Positions 30,520 to 41,514 are shown, numbered from the stretch's first letter. The stretch: DNA of 64,000 bases from an uncultured Gemmatimonadaceae bacterium (GCA_963790305.1 CAWBOC010000001.1:32001-96000), one strand, 5' to 3'. Notes: generated by a model from the sequence alone, not told the origin. Made by a program: numbers and translations.

Positions 30520-33500
30520 TGGCGGATCGAACTCCGGAGATGTGGGGACGACTCGGGACTTCGCGAACGGTCCCGATCCGCGAGGAGACTACCGAGGGCG
30601 CGGACGAGCCCATCGAGAAGCGAGGCGCCGCCCTGTCGCGTGAGCTTCAGCGACAGCGGGTGCGCGCGCCGCACTTCCGCCTGGAACTGGACGTCGTGAA
30701 AGGCCGCGGTGAGCCCTTTGAGGCGCGGCACCGCATCCTCACGAAAGGTAATACGGGCCTCCTCACCGCGCACCAGGATGCCCTCGACCCCCAGACGACC
30801 GCCGAGAATTCGCAGCTTGGCGGCCGCGAGAAAGGCCTGTGCTGGCGGCGGCAGCGGTCCAAACCGGTCGCGCAGCTCCTCGCGCAGCGCGTCGACTTCA
30901 CCGGGCTCGGTGAGGGTCGTCAGGCGGCGATAGACGTCGAGCTTCGCCTCTTGAAGCGGCACGTAATCGTCGGGCAGATAGGTCGGCACGTCCATGGAGA
31001 CGTCGGCTGGCACGAGCCGGGGAGCTCCCTCGCCCCGCATGAGACGTTTGACGGTCTCGTCCAGCATTCGGAGATAGAGATCGAATCCCACCGCCTGCAC
31101 GAATCCCGACTGCTCGGGACCAAGGAGGTTGCCCGCGCCGCGGAGCTCGAGATCCTTGAGCGCGACACGATACCCCGACCCGAGCTCGGTGTGATGCTCC
31201 AGCACCTGCAGCCGACGCTCGGCGTCCTCGTCCACGGCGTCAGGAACGAGCAGGTAGCAATAGGCGCGGCGATGCGAGCGCCCGACGCGCCCCCGCAGCT
31301 GGTAAAGCTGCGCGAGACCGAAGTGATCGGCACGATTGACGAACATCGTGTTCGCGTTCGGAACGTCGAGCCCCGATTCGACGATCATGGTCGAGACGAG
31401 AACATCGACTTCTCCTCCCACGAATTTGCGCATCACCTCTTCCAGATCGCGCTCACGCATTTGCCCGTGACCGACGGCCACGCGCGCGCGCGGCGCGAGA
31501 CGTCGAACGTGATCGGCAATCGCCTCAATGGTGTCGATGCGATTGTGCACGAAAAACACCTGACCGCCGCGGTCGACCTCGCGGGCGATGCCTTCTTCGA
31601 TGAGGCCGTCGTCCCACGGCTCGACGAATGTGAGCACGGGTGAACGATCGCGCGGCGGAGTCTGAATCAGCGTCATGTCGCGCAGCCCGGCGAGCGACAG
31701 GTGCAGCGTGCGCGGGATCGGGGTCGCGGTGAGCGTCAGAACGTCGGTGGCCAGCCGAAGCTGCTTCAGCTTCTCCTTGTGCTTCACCCCAAAGCGGTGC
31801 TCCTCGTCGACGACGATGAGGCCGAGGTCGCCGAAGCCGACATCGTCGCTGAGCAAACGGTGCGTTCCGATCATGATGTCGATCTTCTTCGCCACGAGAT
31901 CGGTGAGCAGTACGGATTGCTCCTTCGGCGTCTGGAAACGCGACAGCGTCTCGACGCGAATGGGAAAGTCCGCCAGCCGCTCGCTGAAGGTTCGTCCATG
32001 CTGTTCGGCGAGAATCGTCGTCGGAACGAGGACGGCAACCTGTTTCCCCGACTGGACGGTCTTGAACGCGGCGCGCACGGCGACCTCGGTCTTGCCGTAT
32101 CCCACATCCCCGACCAACAGGCGATCCATGGGACGCGGGGCTTCCATGTCCCCTTTCACCTGTTCCGTCGCCCGACGCTGATCGGGAGTATCCTCGAAGA
32201 GAAAGGACGACTCGAGCTGGCGCTGCCACGCCGTGTCGGGAAGTGCCGGCATCTTCGTGGCCATCTTGCGGCGCGCATAGAGATCGAGGAGCTCCATCGT
32301 CATCTCCTCGAGCGCGGCCCGTGTCTTGTCACGCTGGGCCGCCCAGCGTCGGCCGCCGAGCTTGTGCAGCCGTGGGGGCGTCGCCTCATCGCCGTCGGTC
32401 GCCGAGCGATAGCGCTCGATCTGGTCGATACGGTAGAGGGGCACATTGAGCCGATCGCCCCCCTCGTACTCGATGACCGCGACCTCGAGCGTGCTCTGCC
32501 CCGCGAAGATGGTGTCGATGCCCCTGTAGATCCCGATGCCGTGCTCGAGGTGGACGACGAAGTCGCCCGCCTTGAGCGCCGTCATCGTTTCGAGCGGGGC
32601 GCCACTCGCATAACGACGGGAACGGCGCAAGCGGCGCTCGCGACGGAAGATCTCGTGGTCCGTCAGGACGCGAAGACCATGTCGGAGTGCGGCCGCCCCA
32701 GGGGGCACCCGCGGATCGCGGATATCGTCGTTTGGAACGACGAACCCGCCCCCGAGTACCCCCACCGCGAGATCTGCTGTGACAGGGCGACGCCCGTCCT
32801 CGCCTAACAACTCATCCAGGCGCTCCGCCTGGCCGACGTTGTCGCACACAATCAGCGTCGACATGCCGTCCGTCAGGATGGCGCGCAGTCGCTTGATGTC
32901 GCGATCGATCGCCTCGGGCCGTCGCAGCGGGAAGGTGACATCGGCGGGCGCGTCCGGGTCGTCATCGCGCTCCCGAAGGGCGAGCGTCGAAAACTCCGCC
33001 ATCGCGCGCAGCGCTTCTTCAGGCGACCGAAAGAGCTCCTCTCGCGGCGGTGCGTCCTCGCCGCGACGCCGTGCCAGCTCGATATGGTGCCGGGCCTCAT
33101 CCCACGTGCGTCGCATCTCCGGCTCCAGATGCGTCCCGCCAGGAAGGAGGATGACGGAGTCGGGAGGAAGCAGCTCGGTCAGCGACCCACGAGGCGTCGC
33201 GTCGTCAGCGTCGTCTTCCGATGCCGGCGTATCGACCGGAAGAATGATGACGTGCTCCACGTCGCGGGTGGAGCGCTGCGTCAGAATATCGAACTGCCGG
33301 AGCGAGGTGATCTCGTCGCCCCAGAACTCGAGCCGCACCGGGCTCGCCATCCCGAACCCGTAAATGTCGACAATGCCGCCTCGTACCGAGAACTGCGCCA
33401 CGTCATCGACGAGAGACACGCGCTCGAACCCGATCGACTCGAGGTGAGAGGTCAGGGCTTCGAGCCGCCGTTGCTCACCGTGCCGGATCTCGAGCCGGCC

Positions 33501-33920
33501 GGTTCGCAGCGCACTTGGGAGCCGCGTGCGCTCGAGAACGGCACGAGCCGTCGTCACCAGGAGCCGTACGCGACCGCGTGCCACCTGCTCCAGCGTTTCG
33601 ACCCGCTCGCCCGCGATCTCGAGGTGCGGCTCGACTTCACCGAACCCTTCGCGCGGCGGATACAACGCGACAGCGTCCGAGTCCTCGGCGAGCGATGCGA
33701 GGTCGGCGAGCCATCGCTCGGCATCAGGGAGCGTTTCGGCGACGATGACGAAGAATCGACGTTCACCAGCGCCGCGCACCAACGTCGCAGCGAGGGCCGC
33801 GTCACTCGACCCCGGGAGTCCCGCGATCGTGAGCCGACGCCCGGGCGGCGGAAAGGTGTTCCTGACGCGTGCGTAGGCCGGAAGCGATTCGAGCGCGTCG
33901 AGGATGCGCGGCAGCGCCAC
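30516..33920 (-). CDS. mfd: Transcription-repair coupling factor
   Basis: UvrB-homology region, 'VVHLEHGIG', 'GDVGYGKTEVA', DEEH, 'TATPIPRT', 'QLRGRVGRS', TRCF C-domain; GTG start inferred. Confidence 0.97.
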   Translation of the reverse strand: MALPRILDALESLPAYARVRNTFPPPGRRLTIAGLPGSSDAALAATLVRGAGERRFFVIVAETLPDAERWLADLASLAEDSDAVALYPPREGFGEVEPHLEIAGERVETLEQVARGRVRLLVTTARAVLERTRLPSALRTGRLEIRHGEQRRLEALTSHLESIGFERVSLVDDVAQFSVRGGIVDIYGFGMASPVRLEFWGDEITSLRQFDILTQRSTRDVEHVIILPVDTPASEDDADDATPRGSLTELLPPDSVILLPGGTHLEPEMRRTWDEARHHIELARRRGEDAPPREELFRSPEEALRAMAEFSTLALRERDDDPDAPADVTFPLRRPEAIDRDIKRLRAILTDGMSTLIVCDNVGQAERLDELLGEDGRRPVTADLAVGVLGGGFVVPNDDIRDPRVPPGAAALRHGLRVLTDHEIFRRERRLRRSRRYASGAPLETMTALKAGDFVVHLEHGIGIYRGIDTIFAGQSTLEVAVIEYEGGDRLNVPLYRIDQIERYRSATDGDEATPPRLHKLGGRRWAAQRDKTRAALEEMTMELLDLYARRKMATKMPALPDTAWQRQLESSFLFEDTPDQRRATEQVKGDMEAPRPMDRLLVGDVGYGKTEVAVRAAFKTVQSGKQVAVLVPTTILAEQHGRTFSERLADFPIRVETLSRFQTPKEQSVLLTDLVAKKIDIMIGTHRLLSDDVGFGDLGLIVVDEEHRFGVKHKEKLKQLRLATDVLTLTATPIPRTLHLSLAGLRDMTLIQTPPRDRSPVLTFVEPWDDGLIEEGIAREVDRGGQVFFVHNRIDTIEAIADHVRRLAPRARVAVGHGQMRERDLEEVMRKFVGGEVDVLVSTMIVESGLDVPNANTMFVNRADHFGLAQLYQLRGRVGRSHRRAYCYLLVPDAVDEDAERRLQVLEHHTELGSGYRVALKDLELRGAGNLLGPEQSGFVQAVGFDLYLRMLDETVKRLMRGEGAPRLVPADVSMDVPTYLPDDYVPLQEAKLDVYRRLTTLTEPGEVDALREELRDRFGPLPPPAQAFLAAAKLRILGGRLGVEGILVRGEEARITFREDAVPRLKGLTAAFHDVQFQAEVRRAHPLSLKLTRQGGASLLDGLVRALGSLLADRDRSRSPESSPHLRSSIRQ

Positions 33921-33921
33921 G

Positions 33922-35754
33922 CTACGAGGCTCTCCGCTGGCCGGCGCCCGCCACGGCCGACTCGAGAACGAGCACCGCGAGGGCGAGCACGAGCACAGGC
34001 ACGAGCAACGAGCGCCGAGGCGAAGAGGAGAACAGCGAGGCCGCCCATTGCCCGCTGTCGGGCAGTACCACCTCACGTGCCCGCACCCGTGCGCCGAGCG
34101 TCGCGCCATCGAGGCGAGCAAGGTTCGACTCGTCAGGCTCGGGATTCACCACCAGCGCGCCGACGCGACGTCCGCCGCGGAGGAAGAACGCGACGCCAGC
34201 ACGATCGGGAGCGACCACCGTGTCGGTGGCGAGCGCGACGCGACGTCCCCCTGGAAGCTCGAGCTGATCCGCACCGGCGGGGTGGGCGACGGGCGCGCCT
34301 GGCGATGTGTAAAGGACAGTCCCTGCGTCGCCGAAGAGGCGCTGTGTGACGACGTCAGTGAGCCACGGAATGAACGCGGCACGCACGGGGAGCGATGTCG
34401 CATCGGGGGTGAGCGGAGACGCGACGAGTACGTAGCCAGGACCGGCAACGATCCACGGCTCCGCGCCTGCCGTCGCGATCGTGTCCGACGCGGCACCCCC
34501 GATGTGGCGAAGGGAGTGGCGCCGAGCAACGGTGACCCCGTCGAGTGGGCGGACCCCTTCTGCCGCGCCACGAGCAGCGATCTCGCCTTGTCGCAGCTCG
34601 CCGAGACGCCAGGGAACGCCGAGTCGCTCCAGGACGCGGTTGGCTGCCCCTGCGCGCACCGGATCGGCAGGAGCGAACAGGAGCGCGGGAAGCCTAACGG
34701 CGACATCGGCGGGAGCAATGCCCACATCGCTTCCAGCCACGACCCGCTCCGTTTGGCGCAAGGCATCGACCGCGCTTTGCGCAAAGGTCGCGATCTCGCG
34801 ATGAACGGCAATTCCGGGCGCTGGGCCGACCCACGCGGCGAAGTGGCGCACATCGTCCCCGCGCAGCTCGTCCGGCTCGAGCTCCACGGTCCCCGCGCTC
34901 CATCCCTGCTCCGGCGGCGCGACGCGCACGATCACCTCTTCATCGCGCGCGGCCGTGCCGCGTGCAAGCGTTCGCCCCTCGAGCGTGAATCGATAGGTCG
35001 CAGTATCGGGCGCGCGAAAGCGAGCGATGACGGCCCCGCGAGGGGTCCATCGGGTCGGTTGGGCGTCGGCGCGCGATACCGCCATGTTCGGCGGCGGATT
35101 TCCAGGAGCGCGATGGAGGACGACGCGGACATCGCCGACGGAAACCGCACGCCGCCAGGTCGAGGCTTGCGCATGGGTGATGATCACGATCTCGCGCTCA
35201 TGCATCCAGCGGGACGAGGGCGGCCCTTCGCGAGCGAGCGCCGCCGCACGTGCGACCGCTCGCTCGAGATCACCAGCACCCGCGAGCGGCTCGACATGAT
35301 CGATCGCATCCAGAACGACGCCCCGCGACCCGCCGCGCGAGACGCCGTCAGCGGTGATGAGAAAGATCCGGTCCTCACCGCTCGCGCGCGACACGACGTC
35401 GCGCGCTCGGGAACGCAGTCCGTCCAGCACCGGCGTTCCGTCCTGAATCGCCGATGCGCTGAGCGAATTGTCGAGCACGATCGCGACGGTAGTTGGTGCA
35501 TGTCCCCCGCCGGCCAGGCGCGCGATAGGCCGCGCCGCCGCGATCGTCAGGATGAGGACGGCCGCCACGCGCAGCAGCATGAGGAGAAGGTTCCGCATGC
35601 GCAGCTTTCGGCTGTGCTCGCGCTCCGCGCGCGCGAGGTAGCGCACCGCGGGAAAGTCGATGCGCGTGCCAATGCGCCGACGCATGAGGTGCAGGAGCAG
35701 GGGCACCGCGATTGCCGCAGCCGCCGCCAGCCAGACAGGCGAGAGGAACTCCAT
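33922..35754 (-). CDS. BatA-domain/vWA membrane protein
   Basis: 'F..P..L......PLLLHL..R.......FP' BatA motif, 'ARP', vWA-like 'VLDNSLS', C-terminal TM. Confidence 0.85.
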   Translation of the reverse strand: MEFLSPVWLAAAAAIAVPLLLHLMRRRIGTRIDFPAVRYLARAEREHSRKLRMRNLLLMLLRVAAVLILTIAAARPIARLAGGGHAPTTVAIVLDNSLSASAIQDGTPVLDGLRSRARDVVSRASGEDRIFLITADGVSRGGSRGVVLDAIDHVEPLAGAGDLERAVARAAALAREGPPSSRWMHEREIVIITHAQASTWRRAVSVGDVRVVLHRAPGNPPPNMAVSRADAQPTRWTPRGAVIARFRAPDTATYRFTLEGRTLARGTAARDEEVIVRVAPPEQGWSAGTVELEPDELRGDDVRHFAAWVGPAPGIAVHREIATFAQSAVDALRQTERVVAGSDVGIAPADVAVRLPALLFAPADPVRAGAANRVLERLGVPWRLGELRQGEIAARGAAEGVRPLDGVTVARRHSLRHIGGAASDTIATAGAEPWIVAGPGYVLVASPLTPDATSLPVRAAFIPWLTDVVTQRLFGDAGTVLYTSPGAPVAHPAGADQLELPGGRRVALATDTVVAPDRAGVAFFLRGGRRVGALVVNPEPDESNLARLDGATLGARVRAREVVLPDSGQWAASLFSSSPRRSLLVPVLVLALAVLVLESAVAGAGQRRAS

Positions 35755-36656
35755 TATGGCAACCGTTGTCGGATCGCGAATGCTCGCCGCAAGGGGATGC
35801 CGAACGGCTCGTTCGTCATCACGACCTCGTACGACGCGCCCACCGCCGAGAGTGCCGCCCGCCACTCCGCAATGGCCGCCACGACGGTCGCCCGATAGGC
35901 GGTGCGCACATCGGCCACCGTCGCCGTGACTTCACTTCCCGATTCCGGGTCGACGAAAATCGCGTCGCTCGCGAACGGCAGCTCGCGCTCCGCCGGATCG
36001 AGTACGTGAAGGACGGTGACATGGTGGCCAGCGCTGCGAAGGGAGCGCACCGCGCGCACCACCTCTTGAGGCTCGAAGAGAAGGTCGGAAATGAGGAGAA
36101 TCATGCCGCGGCGGGGCACCACGCGCGCGGCACGCTCCAACGCCCCCGCGGCGTAGGAGGCCTTTCCGGCGCCGGGATCATCGAGCGCGGCGACGAGCCG
36201 GCGCCATTGTCCCGAACGCATGCGCGGCGGAATCACCGTGCGAACGCGGTCGTCGAAGCGAACCAGGCCCACCGAATCGCGCTGCCGCAGAAGCAAAAGC
36301 GCCACCGCCGCACCGAGGCGCTCGGCGTAGGCGAGCTTCGTGAGGCGCGCCGGGTCGCCAGTCCAGCTCATCGAGGCGCTCACGTCGAGGACGAGCGTGG
36401 CGCGCAGGTTCGTCTCCTCCTCGTACTGCTTCACCACCCACCGGTCGATGCGTGCGGCGATGCGCCAATCCACGTAGCGGAGATCGTCTCCCGGCTGATA
36501 TGGGCGATGCTCCGCGAACTCGACCGAGAATCCTTTGCGGGGCGACCGGTGCAGCCCGGAGATGAACCCATCGACCACCCACCGCGCCACGAGCTCGATG
36601 CGGCCGAGTGCGGCCAGCATCGCGGGGTCAAGGAGGTCGGCGCGCTTGTTGTCCAT
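35754..36656 (-). CDS. DUF58 family protein (MoxR-associated vWA)
   Basis: 'GLHRSPRKGFSVEFAEHRPYQPGDDLRYVDWR', 'VLDVSASM', 'ISD'. Confidence 0.93.
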   Translation of the reverse strand: MDNKRADLLDPAMLAALGRIELVARWVVDGFISGLHRSPRKGFSVEFAEHRPYQPGDDLRYVDWRIAARIDRWVVKQYEEETNLRATLVLDVSASMSWTGDPARLTKLAYAERLGAAVALLLLRQRDSVGLVRFDDRVRTVIPPRMRSGQWRRLVAALDDPGAGKASYAAGALERAARVVPRRGMILLISDLLFEPQEVVRAVRSLRSAGHHVTVLHVLDPAERELPFASDAIFVDPESGSEVTATVADVRTAYRATVVAAIAEWRAALSAVGASYEVVMTNEPFGIPLRRAFAIRQRLP

Positions 36657-36699
36657 CGAGAATGAGAAGGTAGTGACTGGGGCCAAGGAACGGCAAAGA

Positions 36700-36790
36700 A
36701 TCGAGGTCATCGAGGTCGTCGAGGCGGTCCAGGTAATCAGGTGATGTCGTCCTTGATCACTTCGACATCCTCGACTACCTCGACTCCCTG
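36700..36790. repeat. 9-mer inverted-arm element (TCGAGGTCG family)
   Basis: atcgaggtcatcgaggtcgtcgaggcggtccagg ... tgatcacttcgacatcctcgactacctcgac. Confidence 0.85.
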
Positions 36791-36990
36791 CCTTCGGGGT
36801 GTCACCGATGTCCGTGTGTCGGGCGTCTCCCGGATGTGACAGTCTCTGAACGGCAGGACCGTGGAACGCCGTAACAGATTGTCATTTCGCAGGTTAGCAG
36901 TAAGCCTGGCCGGGCATGGCGCGTGCCCATATCCTCCGTGAAGGCGTGCATCTCAAAACGCCCGTCGTTCACTCTTGCAGGATCTCTACG

Positions 36991-38460
36991 ATGAGCTCCT
37001 TCGCCTACGTCCTGGCTTTCGTTGCCGGTCTCGCCTCGGGCGCTTCAGCCCCCGACTCTGCGGGCCGCGCGTCCTTTGTCACGCCGTCCTGGTTCTTCGG
37101 CAACGTGCGGCTCGGCTACGAGGCGCCCGATGTCGAGCTGTGGGTGAGCGGGGACAATCTCTTCCGTCGCGGCGACCGCGCGCGCGTCTACTTCCGAACC
37201 GATGAGGATGCGTACGTCACGATCGTGCGCATCGACACGGACGGACGCGTCGATATTCTCTTCCCCGAGGACCCGTACGACAACGCCGAGGTCCGCGGGG
37301 GGCATACCTACCGCGTGTACGGGCATGGGCACGAGTCGTTCGTGATCAACGACTACCCCGGGCTCGGCTACATCTTCGCCATCTCCTCGTGGGAGCCGTT
37401 CGACTACGAGCGGGTCTCGCAAGGGCGTCACTGGGACTATCGTTATGCGGGTGGCCGCGTCCACCGCGACCCCTACACCGCGGCGCGTGACTTCGCGGAG
37501 CTGCTGCTCGAGGATTCGCGCGCGGCCTACTCATTCGACGTGGCCGAGTATCACGTCGAGCGGCGCGTGAGCTACCCCCGATTCCTCTGCTACGACTGCC
37601 ACTCCTACCGGCCCTACCCGGTGTGGAACCCGTACTCGCACGCCTGCGTGAAGTTCCGGATCGTGGTGTGGGATGACCCGTACTATTATCCGTATCGCCG
37701 GTACGGTGGCCGCCGTGTGGTCTACGTCCGCGACCGCGTGCGCGAACCGCGCTATGAGTTCAAGGAGCTGCCGCGCGGAACGCGTCCATCGGACGCGACG
37801 CTCGTCGAGTACCGCAAGCGCGCGAGCACCACGGATCAGCGTCGCCCGGGCTCACCGCTCGAGGACGCGAACGTCACGAGCCGTCGCCGCGCAGAGGAAG
37901 GTGCATCGCGGACCGGCAGTGGAGCGACGCGTCCCGGCGATGACATCCGCTCGGAGCCATCGACGAGCGGGCGCCGTCGCCCCACGGAGCTGGATCGCGA
38001 CGAAGGAACGAACGCCACCTCGCCGATCCGTTCGCCACGCCGCGATCCACCATCGCGGGACGAGCGTGCGGACGAAGATCTGGGACGTGGAGTGCGCGCT
38101 CCACGCCGCGACGAACCGAACGCCGAGGTCGAACGCAACGATCGCGCAGATGATCGCGTGATCATCGAGGATCGCGGCCGGCGCGAGCCGCGCACCGATG
38201 AGCCACGTGCGGAACCGCGTGCCGAGCCACGGCGCGAGGAACCGCGGCGCGAATCGCAACGTGAGGAACCGCGGAGTGAGCCTCGTGCAGAGCCACGTAG
38301 CGAGCCCCGTCGCGAAGCTCCCGCTCCGCGAGCCGAGCCGAGGCGCGAGGCGCCGCGCTCGGAGCCAAAGGCCGAGCCGCGACGAGAGTCCCCGCCTCAG
38401 CCGAAGAGCGAGCCGCGTCGGTCGACACCGTCGAATAGTGGAGGGCGGCGGACGGAATAG
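36991..38460 (+). CDS. Secreted DUF4384-like protein with a CxxCH motif and a long charged low-complexity tail
   Basis: Signal peptide; 'FRRGDRARVYFRTDEDAYVTIVRIDTDGRVDILFP'; CYDCH; (A/S/R)EPR repeats at the C-terminus. Confidence 0.75.
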   Translation: MSSFAYVLAFVAGLASGASAPDSAGRASFVTPSWFFGNVRLGYEAPDVELWVSGDNLFRRGDRARVYFRTDEDAYVTIVRIDTDGRVDILFPEDPYDNAEVRGGHTYRVYGHGHESFVINDYPGLGYIFAISSWEPFDYERVSQGRHWDYRYAGGRVHRDPYTAARDFAELLLEDSRAAYSFDVAEYHVERRVSYPRFLCYDCHSYRPYPVWNPYSHACVKFRIVVWDDPYYYPYRRYGGRRVVYVRDRVREPRYEFKELPRGTRPSDATLVEYRKRASTTDQRRPGSPLEDANVTSRRRAEEGASRTGSGATRPGDDIRSEPSTSGRRRPTELDRDEGTNATSPIRSPRRDPPSRDERADEDLGRGVRAPRRDEPNAEVERNDRADDRVIIEDRGRREPRTDEPRAEPRAEPRREEPRRESQREEPRSEPRAEPRSEPRREAPAPRAEPRREAPRSEPKAEPRRESPPQPKSEPRRSTPSNSGGRRTE

Positions 38461-38568
38461 GTGATCGAGGTCGTCGAGGTCGTCGAGGCGGTCAAGGACA
38501 ACAACTCCCTGGCCGCCTCGATTGCTTTACCTCCATCACCTGGACCACCTCGACGACGTCGACCACCT
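38459..38568. repeat. 9-mer inverted-arm element (TCGAGGTCG family) upstream of lepA
   Basis: aggtgatcgaggtcgtcgaggtcgtcgaggcggtcaagg ... cctggccgcctcga...acctggaccacctcgacgacgtcgaccacct. Confidence 0.85.
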
Positions 38569-38614
38569 ATATTTCAGGATTCCCGTAGCCGCCTCGCCCA
38601 AGCCCAGAGTCCCG

Positions 38615-40411
38615 TTGAAGCTCGAGCACATCCGCAACTTCTGCATCGTCGCCCACATCGATCACGGGAAGTCCACGCTCGCCGACCGCCTCATCGAGGC
38701 GACCGGAATGGCTGAAGCGCGCGAGATGAAGGAGCAAGTGCTCGATACGCTCGATCTCGAGCGGGAGCGCGGCATCACGATCAAGCTGAACGCCGTCCGA
38801 ATGAGCTACGATGCGCAAGACGGGCGCACGTACGAGCTCAACCTCATCGACACGCCGGGCCACGTCGATTTCACCTACGAGGTCTCGCGCTCGCTGGCCG
38901 CGTGCGAGGGTGCAATTCTCGTCGTCGACGCCTCGCAGGGCATTCAGGCGCAGACGTTGTCCAATCTCTTCCTGGCGCTCGATGCCGGCCTCGAGATCAT
39001 TCCCGTCCTGAACAAGATCGACCTTCCCGGCGCCGCCCCCGACCAGCGCGCCCAGGAGATTCACGATCTGATTGGCACCCCCGTCGATGAGATCCTTCGC
39101 ATCAGCGCCAAGGAAGGGATCGGGATCGATGCTCTCCTCGAGCGGGTCGTCGCGAAGGTTCCGCCTCCCGTCGGCAACCCGGACGGACCGCTGCGCGCAT
39201 TGATCTTCGATTCGTACTACGATCGATACCGGGGCGCCATCCCGAGTATCCGCGTCGTCGACGGGACCATCGCACCGGGGATGAAGATTGCGTTCGGCGC
39301 GAGCGATTCGACGTACGAGGTCATCGAAGTGGGCTATCGGCAGCTGCGCCCAATCGAGACCGATCATCTGGGACCGGGGGAAGTGGGGTACGTCGTCGCA
39401 AACGTGCGCGCCGTGCGGGAGACGCGCGTGGGCGACACGATCTTCGACGCCGACCATCGCGCGGCCGAAGCGCTTCCCGGCTACAAGGACATCAAGTCCA
39501 TGGTGTTCTCGGGCCTCTACCCGACCGACCCCAATCGGTACGAGGACCTTCGCGACGCGCTCGAGCGGCTTCAGCTCAACGACGCCTCGCTGCATTACGA
39601 GCCCGAGACGTCGACCGCACTCGGCTTCGGCTTTCGATGCGGCTTCCTCGGTCTGCTGCACATGGAGATCGTCCAGGAGCGGCTCGAGCGGGAATGGGAT
39701 CTCGACCTCGTCACGACGGTACCGAACGTCGAATATCACGTGTACAAGAACGACGAGACGATGATGCTCCTCGAGAATCCCTCGGCAATGCCGCACGGAT
39801 CGGTCGTCGACCACGTGGAGGAGCCATACGTCAAGGCACGCATCGTCGCGCCAGCCGACTACATCGGGGCGATCATGCAGCTCGGCACCGACCGGCGCGG
39901 CGTGTACAAGAACATGCATTACGTCGACTCCGCCCGCGTCGAGTTCGACTGGGAGTTTCCGCTGGCGGAGATCATCCTGGACTTCTACGACAAGCTGAAG
40001 ACCATCAGCCGCGGATATGCGAGCCTCGACTACGAGATGCTCGACTATCGCCAGAGCGATCTGGTGAAGCTCGACATGCTGATCAACGGCGACCCCGTAG
40101 ATGCGTTCTCCGTCATCATCCACCGCGACAAGGCGTACGAGTGGGGACGGAAGATCGCCGACAAGCTCAAGGAGCTGATTCCGCGTCAGCTGTTCGAGGT
40201 CGTCATCCAGGCGGCCATCGGCACCAAGGTCATCGCGCGCACGACGGTGAAGGCGCTCCGCAAGAACGTGCTCGCCAAGTGCTACGGCGGCGACATCACC
40301 CGGAAGCGCAAGCTCCTCGAAAAGCAGAAGGAAGGAAAGCGCCGCATGAAGCAGGTGGGATCCGTCGAGATCCCGCAGGAAGCCTTCCTCGCGGTGCTCC
40401 AGGTCGATTGA
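38615..40411 (+). CDS. lepA: Elongation factor 4 (LepA)
   Basis: '[20 protein letters not shown]', '[11 protein letters not shown]', '[21 protein letters not shown]'; TTG start inferred. Confidence 0.98.
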   Translation: MKLEHIRNFCIVAHIDHGKSTLADRLIEATGMAEAREMKEQVLDTLDLERERGITIKLNAVRMSYDAQDGRTYELNLIDTPGHVDFTYEVSRSLAACEGAILVVDASQGIQAQTLSNLFLALDAGLEIIPVLNKIDLPGAAPDQRAQEIHDLIGTPVDEILRISAKEGIGIDALLERVVAKVPPPVGNPDGPLRALIFDSYYDRYRGAIPSIRVVDGTIAPGMKIAFGASDSTYEVIEVGYRQLRPIETDHLGPGEVGYVVANVRAVRETRVGDTIFDADHRAAEALPGYKDIKSMVFSGLYPTDPNRYEDLRDALERLQLNDASLHYEPETSTALGFGFRCGFLGLLHMEIVQERLEREWDLDLVTTVPNVEYHVYKNDETMMLLENPSAMPHGSVVDHVEEPYVKARIVAPADYIGAIMQLGTDRRGVYKNMHYVDSARVEFDWEFPLAEIILDFYDKLKTISRGYASLDYEMLDYRQSDLVKLDMLINGDPVDAFSVIIHRDKAYEWGRKIADKLKELIPRQLFEVVIQAAIGTKVIARTTVKALRKNVLAKCYGGDITRKRKLLEKQKEGKRRMKQVGSVEIPQEAFLAVLQVD

Positions 40412-41514
40412 TGGCGCTGCCCGCGCCCGCCGAGCCCTTGTCCGGCGCGGACCGGGGCGCGCGTCCGCAGGGGCCTTTCACGCAGACTTCGCTCGTCATT
40501 CAGACGGCCTTCATCGGTGACACCATCCTGACGACGCCGCTGATCGCCGAGCTCGCCACACGCGGTCCCGTCGACATCGTCACCACCCCGGTGTCGGCCG
40601 GCCTCCTCCAGAACAACCCTGCGGTGCGTCGCATTTTCGTTTTCGACAAACGAAACGCTCAGCGTGGAATCGGAGGACTCTGGGCGATGGCGCGGACGAT
40701 TCGCCGGCATCGCGCCGAGCGCGATACCGGCGTCGACCGCACGGTCGCGTATCTCGCGCAGGGCTCCCCACGCAGCGCGGCACTGGCGGTGCTCGCTGGG
40801 GTGCATGAGCGGGTTGGCTTCGCGACATCGCCGGCTCGCTCGATGTACACGAAGAAGGTTCCATACCTCGAGAATCAGCATCACGCCGCACGGCTGTGGC
40901 TCCTCGCGTTCCCGAACGAGCAGACGGCCGAGCCGCGGGCGGAGCGACTCCGCCCACGCCTTTTTCCAGGCGCCGCGGAGAAGGACGCAGTGAGCGAGCT
41001 TCTGCACGAGCATGGCGTGTCGGGTCCCTTCGTGGTGCTCGCACCCGGCAGTGTGTGGGCAACCAAGCGATGGCCCTACTATGCGGAGCTCGGCCAGCGA
41101 CTGGCGACGCGATTCCCCGTCGTCGTGATCGGTGGAAAGGATGATCAGCCGCACGCGGAGGCGATCGCGTCCGCGGTGCCGGCCGACCGTTTCGTCAGCG
41201 CGGTTGGTCGTCTCTCACTTCTCGCATCCGCCGAGCTCATCGGACGGGCTCGCGCGTTGGTGAGCAATGACTCGTCGCCGACGCACATGGCATCGGCGAT
41301 GGGAACGCCGACGATCACGATCTATGGTCCGACGGTATCGGACTTCGGCTTTGGTCCTCTGGCGCCGCGGTCGGCAACAATGGGGCACGCGGGCCTCGAG
41401 TGTCGTCCATGCGACCGTCACGGGCCACAGCGGTGCCCGCTCGGGCACTGGCGGTGCATGCGGGAGCTGGGCGTTAATGACGTGGAACGACTACTCGAGA
41501 AAGCGCTGGGATAG
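40411..41514 (+). CDS. Glycosyltransferase family 9 (LPS heptosyltransferase II-like)
   Basis: 'IQTAFIGDTILTTP', 'LAPGSVWATKRWP', 'VSNDSSPTHMASA', 'YGPT'; TGATG coupling to lepA. Confidence 0.9.
   Translation: MALPAPAEPLSGADRGARPQGPFTQTSLVIQTAFIGDTILTTPLIAELATRGPVDIVTTPVSAGLLQNNPAVRRIFVFDKRNAQRGIGGLWAMARTIRRHRAERDTGVDRTVAYLAQGSPRSAALAVLAGVHERVGFATSPARSMYTKKVPYLENQHHAARLWLLAFPNEQTAEPRAERLRPRLFPGAAEKDAVSELLHEHGVSGPFVVLAPGSVWATKRWPYYAELGQRLATRFPVVVIGGKDDQPHAEAIASAVPADRFVSAVGRLSLLASAELIGRARALVSNDSSPTHMASAMGTPTITIYGPTVSDFGFGPLAPRSATMGHAGLECRPCDRHGPQRCPLGHWRCMRELGVNDVERLLEKALG

Noticed and set aside
33904..35898. 664-aa plus-strand ORF and similar long antisense ORFs (38567..40123, 56045..57382, 45305..46501)
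   Set aside because: Typical high-GC antisense open frames opposite clearly identified genes; no recognisable motifs
36911..36928. Possible sigma54 promoter (GG-N10-GC in GGGCATGGCGCGTGCC) upstream of the DUF4384-like gene
   Set aside because: Only a partial match to TGGCACG-N4-TTGC, easily reached by chance at this GC content
39637..40410. Long N-terminal extensions in the ORF track (GT9, surA, envC, AI-2E, OM protein, actP, CDF)
   Set aside because: They overlap neighbouring genes or repeats; better starts with an RBS or stop/start coupling lie downstream
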